Source: Ignicoccus pacificus DSM 13166
GTDB lineage: Archaea > Thermoproteota > Thermoprotei_A > Sulfolobales > Ignicoccaceae
Length of the DNA stretch: 32,000 nucleotides
Assembly (NCBI GenBank): GCA_025340205.1
Contig: CP006868.1
Location: 180,001 to 212,000 of the forward strand
Direction of reading: 5' to 3'
Positions 16,711-25,979 of this stretch are shown here, piece by piece. Both the position numbers and the translations under genes were made by a program. Position 1 is the stretch's first letter, and every line of letters starts with the position of its first letter. A model generated the notes under the pieces. That model searched no databases. It saw only the letters and a program-made list of their open reading frames with translations, and had not been told where the DNA came from.

Positions 16711-17586
16711 TCAAGTTACCCGCTCTCCTCGTTGTAACTTCCCAACTCTTTCAACCAGTAAAGGCTCTATTGGCTTCAATATACACCACTCCATCAAATC
16801 TATCTTAAGAACCTTCCCAAAGATCACGATGAATAGTGTTCCGTTTATTATCCATGTTAGCAACGACGTTAACATATGTGCAGAATACCACGGTCTTCCA
16901 AGTACGTAAAAGTTGCTAAATCCTCTTGTAGCGATGTAATTCTCTACTTGGAATCCAAACAGCATTATCAGTAGGATGACTCTAGCTATGTTCGCTGAAA
17001 TGAGTAAGATCAAGAATAGCATACTACTCCCAAGAAAGCGCACAACGAATTTCTTCCCTCTCTTGCTGTAAAGGCTTCTCACAAAGAGAGCTATGATCAG
17101 CGGCGTGAAGAATACTAAATACCTTAACGAACTGCAAGTGTAATGGAACCATACGTTCTCAGTATATATTACAACGATGTTCTGATGAGCACTAAGTGTT
17201 GTTATATGGAGATCGTGAGAGTCGGTGTTCACGAGAATGTTAAAAGAATTATCAAGGTGAAGGTGATTGAAAATGAAGGAAAGTAGTTTCATTTCAAAGG
17301 ATACGAACATGCTCGAGAGAGACGTGAACGCGGATGCCGCATTGAATATAATTAAGCTCAGGAGGGTAATTGAGAAGGACAAAGTGTAGATACATGATCC
17401 ATCTCTATCAATTAGAGCCAAGATTAGGAGTAGGGGGAGAGAAAGCAAGGACATGAACCCTATAGTGCGCGGGATTTCATGAAAGATGTATCCCATAGCA
17501 GTAACTCCTAGAAGAGATAATTGCAATAATAGTAGCAATGCAGCGAGTAATCTGAAGAACAGTTTCAGACGTATCCTCCACTTCAC
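16711..17586 (-). CDS. polytopic membrane protein with exosortase/archaeosortase-like catalytic motifs (candidate archaeosortase)
   Basis: 291 aa with about 7 hydrophobic helices. 'ENVWFHYTCSSLRYLVFF' (Cys151) resembles the family 'CSG(I/L)RS(L)' active-site context at the start of a helix. 'LLISANIARVILL' (Asn199/Arg202) resembles the 'N..R' motif 51 residues later. 'GRPWYSAHMLTS' supplies Arg231/His237. GTG start. The assignment is by remembered motif pattern, not a search. Confidence 0.5.
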   Translation of the reverse strand: MKWRIRLKLFFRLLAALLLLLQLSLLGVTAMGYIFHEIPRTIGFMSLLSLPLLLILALIDRDGSCIYTLSFSITLLSLIIFNAASAFTSLSSMFVSFEMKLLSFIFNHLHLDNSFNILVNTDSHDLHITTLSAHQNIVVIYTENVWFHYTCSSLRYLVFFTPLIIALFVRSLYSKRGKKFVVRFLGSSMLFLILLISANIARVILLIMLFGFQVENYIATRGFSNFYVLGRPWYSAHMLTSLLTWIINGTLFIVIFGKVLKIDLMEWCILKPIEPLLVERVGKLQRGERVT

Positions 17587-17669
17587 TTTCGTCTTCCTCT
17601 GTATGTATAAAGATTAGCCTTATTATCTTTTCTACAAAGAGCATTTGGGGATGAGAGATAGATCGTAGT
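17587..17669. promoter_or_regulatory. back-to-back divergent promoter region (archaeosortase-like gene / giant protein gene)
   Basis: 83-bp gap. 'gtatgtataaag' (about 17611-17622) lies about 28-35 nt upstream of the minus-strand GTG at 17586. 'ccttattatctttt' (about 17628-17642) lies about 30 nt upstream of the plus-strand TTG at 17670. Confidence 0.35.
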
Positions 17670-20600
17670 TTGTTGTTTCTCATCGTAGTGTTGGTATTGA
17701 ACGTCCGCGCCGCGTTAATAGTGATTCCGTTGCCTGACGGTAGAGCGATAACGAATATAATTCCCTATTCTCATTACATAAAAGTGAGAGTCATTGATAT
17801 GAATCATAACTATGCTAACCTTTTAACATTACTTCCTAAGGACTACCCTAACTGCCTAGGTTTGAAGGATGCCTTACCGTTAACCTTTATGTACGGCTGG
17901 GGCAAGTATTACTTAGTACACTATAATACTACAAGTGCCAATATTGACGTTGTCCTCTGTAAACCTTCCGAGTTAGGTGATATCAAGCCAATTATCCGCG
18001 CCATTCAAAAGGGAGACTCAAAAGGAATATCCTTACCAATATCGATCGCTAACGGAAGAGGCATATATGTCTTTATCTCACTCGAACATTTATTCCAGAC
18101 CTTACTCTATGAGCGAGTGTCAGCGACCGTCATTATGGACAATGGTGTCCTATTCGGTTCAATATCTAACGACTCGCCCATCTATACGATGCTCCGCTAT
18201 AGGGACTCCTTACTGATGCTCTTTGAACCGGCGGGTTTCAACGAACTTGATCTTGTTGAACATAATCTTACCTCTAATTCTCTAAGAATTATTTATAGGT
18301 TCCATCAGCCCATATTTGACATTAAAGCTTGTGATTCAACACTAGCAGTACTTACTAAAGCTCCAGAGGGGCTGGAGATAAAGATAGGTAAGGTAGATCG
18401 AGATAAATTCAACATAGAAAAAATAAAGAGGTTGGACGTTGATGCCGACCACGCATCTCAGAGCTTTACTCGTGATTGTAAGTACCTAGCAATATTATAC
18501 AAGGAAAAGAGCAACGCCCACGTCGCGTTACTAAATACGAGCGACCTCTCGGTTATAGGTTCAAAGGAAGTTCGAGTTAGTGGAATACCCATTGCTCTTG
18601 CCCTTCAGGGCAGTGAGTTATCGGCTATTACCCTAATTAAGAGCGATGATGTCTTTTTCCAAGACAGTTCGACTAATCCAATCGATGTTGCGTATATATC
18701 TTTAAGCGATCTTCTGCCCAAGAAGTATTTGTTAGAACTGTTAAAACTAAGAAGGAATGTTCATGAGCTTGGATCTTATGAGTATTATATGATTTTACCT
18801 CCGAAAAGAGGCCAAAGTTTACTAAAGAGAATCGAGGATGTAAAAGATGTTTGGAATAACATCACGTTAGTGATAAAAACAATGTTCGCTCTATTAAAAT
18901 ATAAGTCCTCCAGCGAATTAGTGGAAAGTGCTACTGAGTTGATCAATAGGGCAATAAATGAGACCGAACCTCTACTCGACGTGCTCAACACATCAAGTTC
19001 GATACGATTAGAAAAAGTTAATGCGGAGATAATTAGAAATCTCAACAAGGGTTGCAATATCACCTTCTCTAAGAACTTCCTTCACAATACTCCTCACTTT
19101 ATCTTGAGTACAGCAGAACTTTGTAGTAAAAGCACTGCGGAAAGCGTAGCGGAGCTCTTGTACGAGGGGTTCTTGCGATGCCTCACTCTCTCCAACGTTA
19201 CAAGGCTCAACGTTACCGGTGCGCTGCAGTGCGTCGATGTACGGAAGCAGTTGGAAGCGTTAGCATCTAACGTTTCTCAACTACTCTTCTTCTTGAAGAA
19301 CTTGGTTGTACTTCACTTCATAAATTCCGAAAAAGAATTCGCTTCCAAGCGTTACTTGAGTGATTCAACGCTTGGGCTATTGTTAAGTGACGTTAGGAAG
19401 TTAGACAAGCTGCTAAGGATACTCGCCAGTATGAATATAACCGTTAAACAAGGGAAGATGTTTAACTTGGAGACATTACTCCCGCCTATTAAGGTTAGGA
19501 AGGAATGCTCGCCACCATCAAGTCTACTTGAATTAGATCACTTAATCAATCTATTTAAAGCGAATAATCTGGATACAACGTTGAGACCTGATAGTATAGT
19601 TGAAGGAGCGCTCAAAGGATGGCTTGCACACTCCTACGTCATTTGTAAAGATAAGAATGAAACCGTTATTGAATACTTCCCTCTTCGGAGGAACTCGATT
19701 CCGGTAGTGGAGCTAGGGAACAATACTCTGCTTATTGGGGATGGAAAGGACTTAAGAATTATTTCGTTAATCAACGGAACAATGAAAAGCTATTTATTAA
19801 ACTCAAGCATATGGAAGGCTATACACTTAGGCCGTGATTATATCGTAGCTACTTCGGAAGGCATCTACTTAGTCAGCTTAAGTGGACTGAAGAAGCTAAT
19901 CACCATTCATAAGTCCGGTTATTACTACGCTCGCTATTTAGATGAAGAACTCATTGCTCCAAACCAAGTGTCCATATGTTACTATTTCTATACCCACTAC
20001 GGCACGAACGTTACATGCTTCCTCCTAGATTCAAGAGGGAACGTAATAAGGAGTTATACAAGAGCCTTTAGAAAGATACTAAGTAACGTGTTGTTGTTAG
20101 ACAATTACACGATTGTTAGCTATTCAACTAGTAGTACAGTTTATTACAACGCCGTAGAAATCGCTCAAGTTCCAGGAACGATAAAGTCGGCATTGTGTAG
20201 CCGGCTCTTGGTTGCAACCGATAATGAAAATGGGACAACGATATTCTATTTCCTAGGATATAAGAAAGTTCGACCGCTATGGATTTTGAACGTCTACGAT
20301 GACCTTGTGTGGCGCGGCGATATATGTAACTACGTTTTCCTTAAAAAGAGTAAAAGACTGCTGGACATATTTGGTAATTACTATACTTTAAATATGCTCC
20401 CAAGAGGCGACATGAAGATATATCGCAATGGCTCAAAACTCGTGATGCTGGAAATTTTCCCAGATTCTGATGGAAGATCATTGATTGGAAAGGTAGTAAT
20501 AAAAATCACAGAAGTGGACTTGAAGGAACCAGTCTTGGGACAGGAGAGGATTAAGAAGGTCAGGATATTGAATGGCGATACGTACCTCTCGTACTTAAGT

Positions 20601-21857
20601 TGCTTAATCAATCTTATGAATCCGAATATGTGTTATGACATCGTGAAGTCCGAGAAGGACGCTCTTGTGGTAAAGCTTAAACATGGAGTCTACTGGAAGA
20701 ATAGCATCTATGCTAATATTACTTTAGCGTTCATCAATAAGGCGAATGATACCTTGCATATCGAGATACAGAAGGCGTTACGACTCGAATTACCTCCGGG
20801 TAGTTCAAGGGTTCTCCGTATAAAACACGTACCTATCTACCTTACTCACTATAAAATTTTACCTATATTAATAGAATATCAATCCTCTCCGTACTTGAGA
20901 TTATACAACACCGTATTGGTTAATAACTCTCGTGATTCCCTAAAAGAGGTTTTAGTAAAGAATGTAGAGGGATTTGTAGAAGCTCTTAGCACATCCCCTA
21001 AGTACCTTGCTGTTGCCTTCAACAATATCACTTTCGAACCCAACAATTCAATACTCCATAACGGTCATATCTACATTTTAGATATTAATGGAAGCTTAGT
21101 GGAGCAGTACAATGTAAAAGGCGAGATGGAAGACGCCTCCTACTGCTGTAACAAGTTCGGCTTTGTAAATTTGGATGATTACGCCTACATCTACGACCTC
21201 TCAACTGGAACTTGGAAGAAGGTGTACGTTGGAGACGATTACGATAGAGCAATTACCATGCTTAAGAACGGCTTTCTGGCTGGTTGTTGTAATCTCGCCT
21301 ACTTCGATTTTCAAGGGCACAAAAGGTGGGACGTGAGTATGAATTACATTGTAAACGGTCCAGCTGTTTACAAAGGATACGTTTACGTTCCACAATATGC
21401 TGGCACTATGAACGCGCTCAGAATCCTCAAACTCTCGGATGGAGGTGAGGTAAGGACCATAGAGTTCAATGAACGGGTTCTGGACGCTCAAGTTTGTGGA
21501 AATTACTTAGCTCTTGGAACTGCTCACCATGTTTACCTTTATGACATTAGCGATCCAACGAATCCAAGAGAGCTTTGGAATTACAATGGGATTGCAAGGA
21601 GCTGTAATGGAGGATATTGTTATGGAGCTTGGAACGTCGCTTTCAGTCCGGACTGCAAGTACTTGGTTAGTGCTGATTATGAAGATCAAAAAATCCATCT
21701 GTTTGATGTACAAACTGGTAAGCAAGTGCTGGAGAGGAGGTTTGAAAGTAGTGTTGGCGAAGTCGCTTGGTGGAGGAACAGGATAGCTGTTGGATTGGAA
21801 AATGGTAAGGTTTACGTGTTCAAGCTGATAATACCTCCAATAACTTCCAAGAAGTAG
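17670..21857 (+). CDS. giant (1395 aa) secreted or N-terminally anchored, sequon-rich protein with a C-terminal propeller module shared with neighbouring surface proteins
   Basis: One uninterrupted 4.2-kb frame. Hydrophobic N-terminus 'LFLIVVLVLNVRAALIVIP'. I counted at least 20 N-x-S/T sequons by eye. A helical Leu-rich middle section spans about aa 350-650. The last about 250 aa align by eye to the N-terminal propeller of the 572-aa protein ('SYCCNKFGF/SYCCGKFSF', 'LKLSDGG/VKLSDGG', 'VCGNYLAL/ICGNYLAV', 'NPRELW'). There is no C-terminal TM anchor. The TTG start directly follows an in-frame TAG, so the true start may be slightly downstream. Confidence 0.8.
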   Translation: MLFLIVVLVLNVRAALIVIPLPDGRAITNIIPYSHYIKVRVIDMNHNYANLLTLLPKDYPNCLGLKDALPLTFMYGWGKYYLVHYNTTSANIDVVLCKPSELGDIKPIIRAIQKGDSKGISLPISIANGRGIYVFISLEHLFQTLLYERVSATVIMDNGVLFGSISNDSPIYTMLRYRDSLLMLFEPAGFNELDLVEHNLTSNSLRIIYRFHQPIFDIKACDSTLAVLTKAPEGLEIKIGKVDRDKFNIEKIKRLDVDADHASQSFTRDCKYLAILYKEKSNAHVALLNTSDLSVIGSKEVRVSGIPIALALQGSELSAITLIKSDDVFFQDSSTNPIDVAYISLSDLLPKKYLLELLKLRRNVHELGSYEYYMILPPKRGQSLLKRIEDVKDVWNNITLVIKTMFALLKYKSSSELVESATELINRAINETEPLLDVLNTSSSIRLEKVNAEIIRNLNKGCNITFSKNFLHNTPHFILSTAELCSKSTAESVAELLYEGFLRCLTLSNVTRLNVTGALQCVDVRKQLEALASNVSQLLFFLKNLVVLHFINSEKEFASKRYLSDSTLGLLLSDVRKLDKLLRILASMNITVKQGKMFNLETLLPPIKVRKECSPPSSLLELDHLINLFKANNLDTTLRPDSIVEGALKGWLAHSYVICKDKNETVIEYFPLRRNSIPVVELGNNTLLIGDGKDLRIISLINGTMKSYLLNSSIWKAIHLGRDYIVATSEGIYLVSLSGLKKLITIHKSGYYYARYLDEELIAPNQVSICYYFYTHYGTNVTCFLLDSRGNVIRSYTRAFRKILSNVLLLDNYTIVSYSTSSTVYYNAVEIAQVPGTIKSALCSRLLVATDNENGTTIFYFLGYKKVRPLWILNVYDDLVWRGDICNYVFLKKSKRLLDIFGNYYTLNMLPRGDMKIYRNGSKLVMLEIFPDSDGRSLIGKVVIKITEVDLKEPVLGQERIKKVRILNGDTYLSYLSCLINLMNPNMCYDIVKSEKDALVVKLKHGVYWKNSIYANITLAFINKANDTLHIEIQKALRLELPPGSSRVLRIKHVPIYLTHYKILPILIEYQSSPYLRLYNTVLVNNSRDSLKEVLVKNVEGFVEALSTSPKYLAVAFNNITFEPNNSILHNGHIYILDINGSLVEQYNVKGEMEDASYCCNKFGFVNLDDYAYIYDLSTGTWKKVYVGDDYDRAITMLKNGFLAGCCNLAYFDFQGHKRWDVSMNYIVNGPAVYKGYVYVPQYAGTMNALRILKLSDGGEVRTIEFNERVLDAQVCGNYLALGTAHHVYLYDISDPTNPRELWNYNGIARSCNGGYCYGAWNVAFSPDCKYLVSADYEDQKIHLFDVQTGKQVLERRFESSVGEVAWWRNRIAVGLENGKVYVFKLIIPPITSKK

Positions 21858-21858
21858 C

Positions 21859-21863
21859 TTTTT
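21859..21863 (+). terminator. oligo-T tract after the giant gene
   Basis: 'tagcTTTTTatg' lies immediately after the stop. Confidence 0.3.
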
Positions 21864-22150
21864 ATGCCTTCATCTTTTCAGTAGCTAATGCTTTATTTAA
21901 CCGCTATTAGTTCTACGAAATCCTTTCTCAATATTAATAAGAGATGGATTTCAAGCACTTCCACAGTGACTATTGGAATTCAACTCTACGCTCTTGTTAT
22001 TTGTCTTTGCTACGCTTGTGAATGATGCATCATTATTGATTATCGTTGCTCGTCAAAGCTGCTGAAATAGCTTTTGAATTATTGACATTAATGAAGGTTC
22101 TAAGGTGGTTGAAAAAGATAGGATTCATTAACGTTACGATAGTTAGATAG

Positions 22151-22717
22151 TTAATGAGGAGTAAAGCCAAGGCTAAGGACATAATGAACCACTATAGGTA
22201 TTATAAGGAACGGTAACGCAAAGGACAAAACCCTCCAATCGAACACCATGAAAAGGAAACCCACGAAGCTAATCATGGAGAAAACTACTAATATAAAAAT
22301 CCATATTGGTATGTTGTATAGCAGTAGAGGTACGCTGGCGTAAATTGTTGCTTTACCTAGCCAAGCTAGTTCAGTAAAATAGGCACCACTAAAGGGAAGG
22401 AGGATTGAGAAGAACAGCTGCCCTAGTATGTTATTCTTATCCTCTAGAAGACTGGTAGAGAGTGACAGCGAATAACTGAAGGCTAAGAGGGTTAGGAGAA
22501 ATATCAAGTATTGTGTCAGACCTAATACACTTACCGGCCAATCGAGACCGCTTAATCTAAAGATCGCAGCCGAGATAAGGAATGTCAAGAGAACAATACT
22601 CGTTTGTCCGTTGAGATTGGAATTAGTACGTACAGCATTGTGCGTAGAACCTGTGGAGGAGAGAGCCAAGATCGGTAATATTATCGTTAGTAGAACTAGG
22701 GTAGCACGCTTCTTCAT
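22151..22717 (-). CDS. Cys-free polytopic membrane protein, paralogue A (188 aa)
   Basis: Signal-like N-terminus 'MKKRATLVLLTIILPILALSS' followed by 4-5 hydrophobic helices. It shares 'FRLSGLDWP(V/I).V.G(L/M)..YLIFL..LL.FS(Y/F)S' with the protein at 23544..24131. It is divergent from the 204-aa anchored protein. Confidence 0.7.
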   Translation of the reverse strand: MKKRATLVLLTIILPILALSSTGSTHNAVRTNSNLNGQTSIVLLTFLISAAIFRLSGLDWPVSVLGLTQYLIFLLTLLAFSYSLSLSTSLLEDKNNILGQLFFSILLPFSGAYFTELAWLGKATIYASVPLLLYNIPIWIFILVVFSMISFVGFLFMVFDWRVLSFALPFLIIPIVVHYVLSLGFTPH

Positions 22718-22932
22718 AGCATACCCCTCCGCATAACCTTTCTCTTTATGCTGTAATATGAGTTAATCATTTAAAATGCTATCTTTTAAAGGTCCTGAAG
22801 CGATGTCGTATTGCCATATGATACTATAAACAAAAACAACCCTTAGCTAGACAACAACTCTATCCTTACTGAGTCTCTTTAGAAAACATTTCTATAGTAG
22901 ACTGTTTTTAACAAATCTACGGGTATAGAACT

Positions 22933-23547
22933 ATGAAGAAGTACCTTCTCTTCCTAGCTCTCTTTCCGATAGCGCTTGCTGCGAATACAGCGGAGTTTGT
23001 CATACCTCCTTTTCCTCAGGGTGTGCTCACAGTTTTTGTTTCAATGAACATAGGCCCGGAAGTGATAACCTATAAAAATACCTTCCAACATCCTTTAACC
23101 ACAAATTTAATTGTAATTGATTTAGGTAAGACACCAGTCGTCCCAGTAGGTCTCTCGGTAAGAGGCTACATCCACGTACAAGCGAGTATGAGTAGCGGCT
23201 ATTGCTTTGAACCTTATGAGACCTACACCATCAAGTTGTACAGTATAGGTGAAAACGCAACAAAGCCTGTTACTTCTGTTAAGGGTACTCTTACCAGCAT
23301 ATGCGACTACTATTACACTTACGGTTTTTATGCAAACCCTCCATCGAGGTACAATTACTTCGGCTACCTGCCATTAACAACGTTCACCGCCACTACTGGT
23401 CTTACGTTTCGCAACTATATAACCATGACATTAGACTTAAAGGTCAGTATGACGTCCTTGCCTACGACTTCAATAGTGGTCCCTCTCCTGATAGGGCTAT
23501 CGCTGCTACTTATGAGATTCAAGACACAAGGAAGAAAAATTGCTTAG
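22933..23547 (+). CDS. small secreted protein with a compact two-Cys domain and a C-terminal TM/basic anchor (204 aa)
   Basis: Signal peptide 'MKKYLLFLALFPIALAANT'. 'GYCFEPYE...TSICDYYY' resembles the two-Cys domain of its neighbours. The C-terminus is 'SIVVPLLIGLSLLLMRFKTQGRKIA'. 'ctgtttttaac' lies about 25 nt upstream of the ATG and suggests a leaderless-type promoter. Confidence 0.7.
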   Translation: MKKYLLFLALFPIALAANTAEFVIPPFPQGVLTVFVSMNIGPEVITYKNTFQHPLTTNLIVIDLGKTPVVPVGLSVRGYIHVQASMSSGYCFEPYETYTIKLYSIGENATKPVTSVKGTLTSICDYYYTYGFYANPPSRYNYFGYLPLTTFTATTGLTFRNYITMTLDLKVSMTSLPTTSIVVPLLIGLSLLLMRFKTQGRKIA

Positions 23548-24131
23548 GTCACTAGCTGGTATAGAATACTAACCGTAATTGTGGGAATCAGTAAAAAGAT
23601 CAAGACGAAGCCTAGGAGCCTCGGTTGGAAAATCAATGCCAGTAAGATGAGCGGTATAAATCCGGCCAAGGCTGGTCCTATTATAATTACTCCAATTAGG
23701 TTGAGAGAAAAAGCTGTACCAAATACCGTGGATTGAGCAAGCATATAAATAGAGTAGAAGTAAGGACTCATTAACAAGAGGAATGATGGTAGCGCTGTAT
23801 GAGAGGTCGAGGTCATAAATAGTGATGATGTATCTCCCTTTGCAAGAGATCCTAAGGCAACTGAAAAGGAAAAAGAGAATAAAAGGAGGAAAAAGAGAAA
23901 TATTAAGTAATTTCCCATCCCCGTGACCATAATTGGCCAGTCCAAGCCACTTAACCTAAACGCCATTGCTGAGACAATGAAACCAAGGAGACTTACAAGC
24001 AACGTTTTCTTTCCAAAGGTTGAAAGAAGGAACTCCAAAATATGCATGTTAACGTCATCCGAAAAACCTTGTGCTATTACCGGTGTAACTATGATAATAA
24101 GCAGCAAAATCGCTACTAAGACCTTATTCAT
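23544..24131 (-). CDS. Cys-free polytopic membrane protein, paralogue B (195 aa)
   Basis: N-terminal signal 'MNKVLVAILLLIIIVTPVIAQG'. It carries the 'FRLSGLDWPIMVTGMGNYLIFLFFLLLFSFSFS' motif shared with 22151..22717. It is divergent from the 572-aa protein and overlaps the convergent upstream gene by 4 nt. Confidence 0.7.
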   Translation of the reverse strand: MNKVLVAILLLIIIVTPVIAQGFSDDVNMHILEFLLSTFGKKTLLVSLLGFIVSAMAFRLSGLDWPIMVTGMGNYLIFLFFLLLFSFSFSVALGSLAKGDTSSLFMTSTSHTALPSFLLLMSPYFYSIYMLAQSTVFGTAFSLNLIGVIIIGPALAGFIPLILLALIFQPRLLGFVLIFLLIPTITVSILYQLVT

Positions 24132-24254
24132 AGCTTTGCATCCCCATTACGATTTCTTCATACTACATGTAGTTAAAGTCATCTCTCCGAACACTATGGT
24201 AGAGACAAAACTTTTCTAGGATTATAGGATTGTAAAGGGCGGGCTAGAAAGGAA

Positions 24255-25973
24255 ATGGGGAAGGTGATATTAACACTCTTGGTTACTCTTGGAACGTTAC
24301 TAGCGATGCGATTAGCGTTGCTAGGAACTTTCAGCATAAATTCTATCAACGCAATAGCATTATCTGACGATGGTCGTTATATAGGCGTTGCTGCTGATGA
24401 TGGTGCTTACGTACTCAACCTAGACGGTGATATAGTTGCGAAATACTATAGTTATAACACAATAAGCGATGTTTCCTATTGTTGCGGAAAGTTTAGTTTC
24501 GTTGCATATGATTACGTTTACGTATATGACCTCGTAAGCAAAAAATGGGAGAAGATAAAGATAGATCCAGACTATGGTAAGTACATAGTAGCAACCAACA
24601 ATGGATTCGTAGTTGGAAAAGATGGAGTAGCGTTCTATAAATGGGATGGTACTCAAATGTGGAGTACCAACTACGACCTACTTTCCAAGCCTGTCATCTA
24701 CGATAACTATATCTTAATACCAGAAGACTACAGTTACTATGATTATTATCTAAGAGTTGTTAAATTAAGTGATGGGGGAACCATTGCTTCCCCCCTTGAC
24801 TTCGGGTATAGTTTTAAAATGGCTATCTGTGGGAACTATTTAGCGGTACTAGAATACTATAAGTTAATACTTTACAATATAACGGATGTTAAAAATCCAA
24901 GAGAGCTCTGGTATGACACTGGATTCTCCGATGCTTCTAGTGTTGCGTTTACCGATCATTGTGAATACGTCCTTGTGAGCGATGGGGACGATGTGTATTT
25001 CTACAATGTAACTAATGGAAAGAAGGTGTATAATATGACGATAAGCGGCCTCAAACGCGTAAGTTGGAAACAGTCAATAATGGTTGCAGATCTCGGCAAT
25101 GAGCTTTCGATATATTATCCCCTACCTGAGATAGAATTAACCGATAAAACGCAAACGCTTACGTGGACTGCCATACAATCTAACACCCTATACAGTTTTA
25201 CTGGCACATGCTTCGCCTACGGTATGGCGGCTACTATAATTGGTTTCGGTAATACAATAACGTTTAGTGGATACAAAACCATTATTGTGAGTAATGGGAA
25301 TAGTTACACTTACTCGAGCATAACTACCATAACTCAAGGCGGTAGCGTGACAACAACCATTGACGTAGGAAAAGTAGTATTAGGGAAGACAATAACAAAG
25401 AATCTCACGGTAGTCCTTTCGTTCTCGCCAGCCACAGCACTAAACTTTGTACCGAAAATAGTCTGCACTAACGTAACCGCTACCTCGTATTCCGGTTCCT
25501 TATCCTCATTAAACACTGTAATCACAGAAACACTTACTATATCTTTCCCACATTACACCAGCTCTACCGTCACTTACTATGTGACGACGACTACGGAAAT
25601 AGGAGGTGTAATCTTACCCACTACCGTGACAGCATCATCAGTAACGTATTTCAGTACAATATCAACAACTACGACAACTATTCTGATCACGAAACCAACT
25701 ACCAGTTTCTCAATAATACAGACACTAGGTAATGGTATTATTTCAACAATACTACTTAGTGCCTATCCAGTCAATTTTATGATGATAAAGCCAATAATTA
25801 TACTGTTAACCAACAACGCGGCCAAGTATACTGCCACGCTGTTGTTCACTGGAACATATCTAGCACAAACCATTAATGACGTAACCCCAACCACAAGCGT
25901 CGTGAACACAGTCCCCGTCCCCCTCATCTTGTCACTTATCGGATTCCTCCTAAGAAAGAGAAGTAGGGGGTGA
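24255..25973 (+). CDS. secreted surface protein: N-terminal propeller module, two-Cys domain, Thr-rich stalk, VPVP-TM-RKRSRG anchor (572 aa)
   Basis: Hydrophobic N-terminus. The propeller is alignable to the giant protein's C-terminus, and the 18-mer 'aatccaagagagct(t/c)tgg' is shared at 21561-21578 and 24894-24911. Two-Cys domain 'GTCFAYG...LNFVPKIVCTNV'. The C-terminus is 'NTVPVPLILSLIGFLLRKRSRG'. Confidence 0.8.
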   Translation: MGKVILTLLVTLGTLLAMRLALLGTFSINSINAIALSDDGRYIGVAADDGAYVLNLDGDIVAKYYSYNTISDVSYCCGKFSFVAYDYVYVYDLVSKKWEKIKIDPDYGKYIVATNNGFVVGKDGVAFYKWDGTQMWSTNYDLLSKPVIYDNYILIPEDYSYYDYYLRVVKLSDGGTIASPLDFGYSFKMAICGNYLAVLEYYKLILYNITDVKNPRELWYDTGFSDASSVAFTDHCEYVLVSDGDDVYFYNVTNGKKVYNMTISGLKRVSWKQSIMVADLGNELSIYYPLPEIELTDKTQTLTWTAIQSNTLYSFTGTCFAYGMAATIIGFGNTITFSGYKTIIVSNGNSYTYSSITTITQGGSVTTTIDVGKVVLGKTITKNLTVVLSFSPATALNFVPKIVCTNVTATSYSGSLSSLNTVITETLTISFPHYTSSTVTYYVTTTTEIGGVILPTTVTASSVTYFSTISTTTTTILITKPTTSFSIIQTLGNGIISTILLSAYPVNFMMIKPIIILLTNNAAKYTATLLFTGTYLAQTINDVTPTTSVVNTVPVPLILSLIGFLLRKRSRG

Positions 25974-25979
25974 TGGAAG

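Noticed and set aside
22151-24131. I considered whether the 188- and 195-aa membrane proteins are additional archaeosortase paralogues.
   Set aside because: Neither protein contains a cysteine. Neither shows the N..R or His motifs seen in the 291-aa protein.
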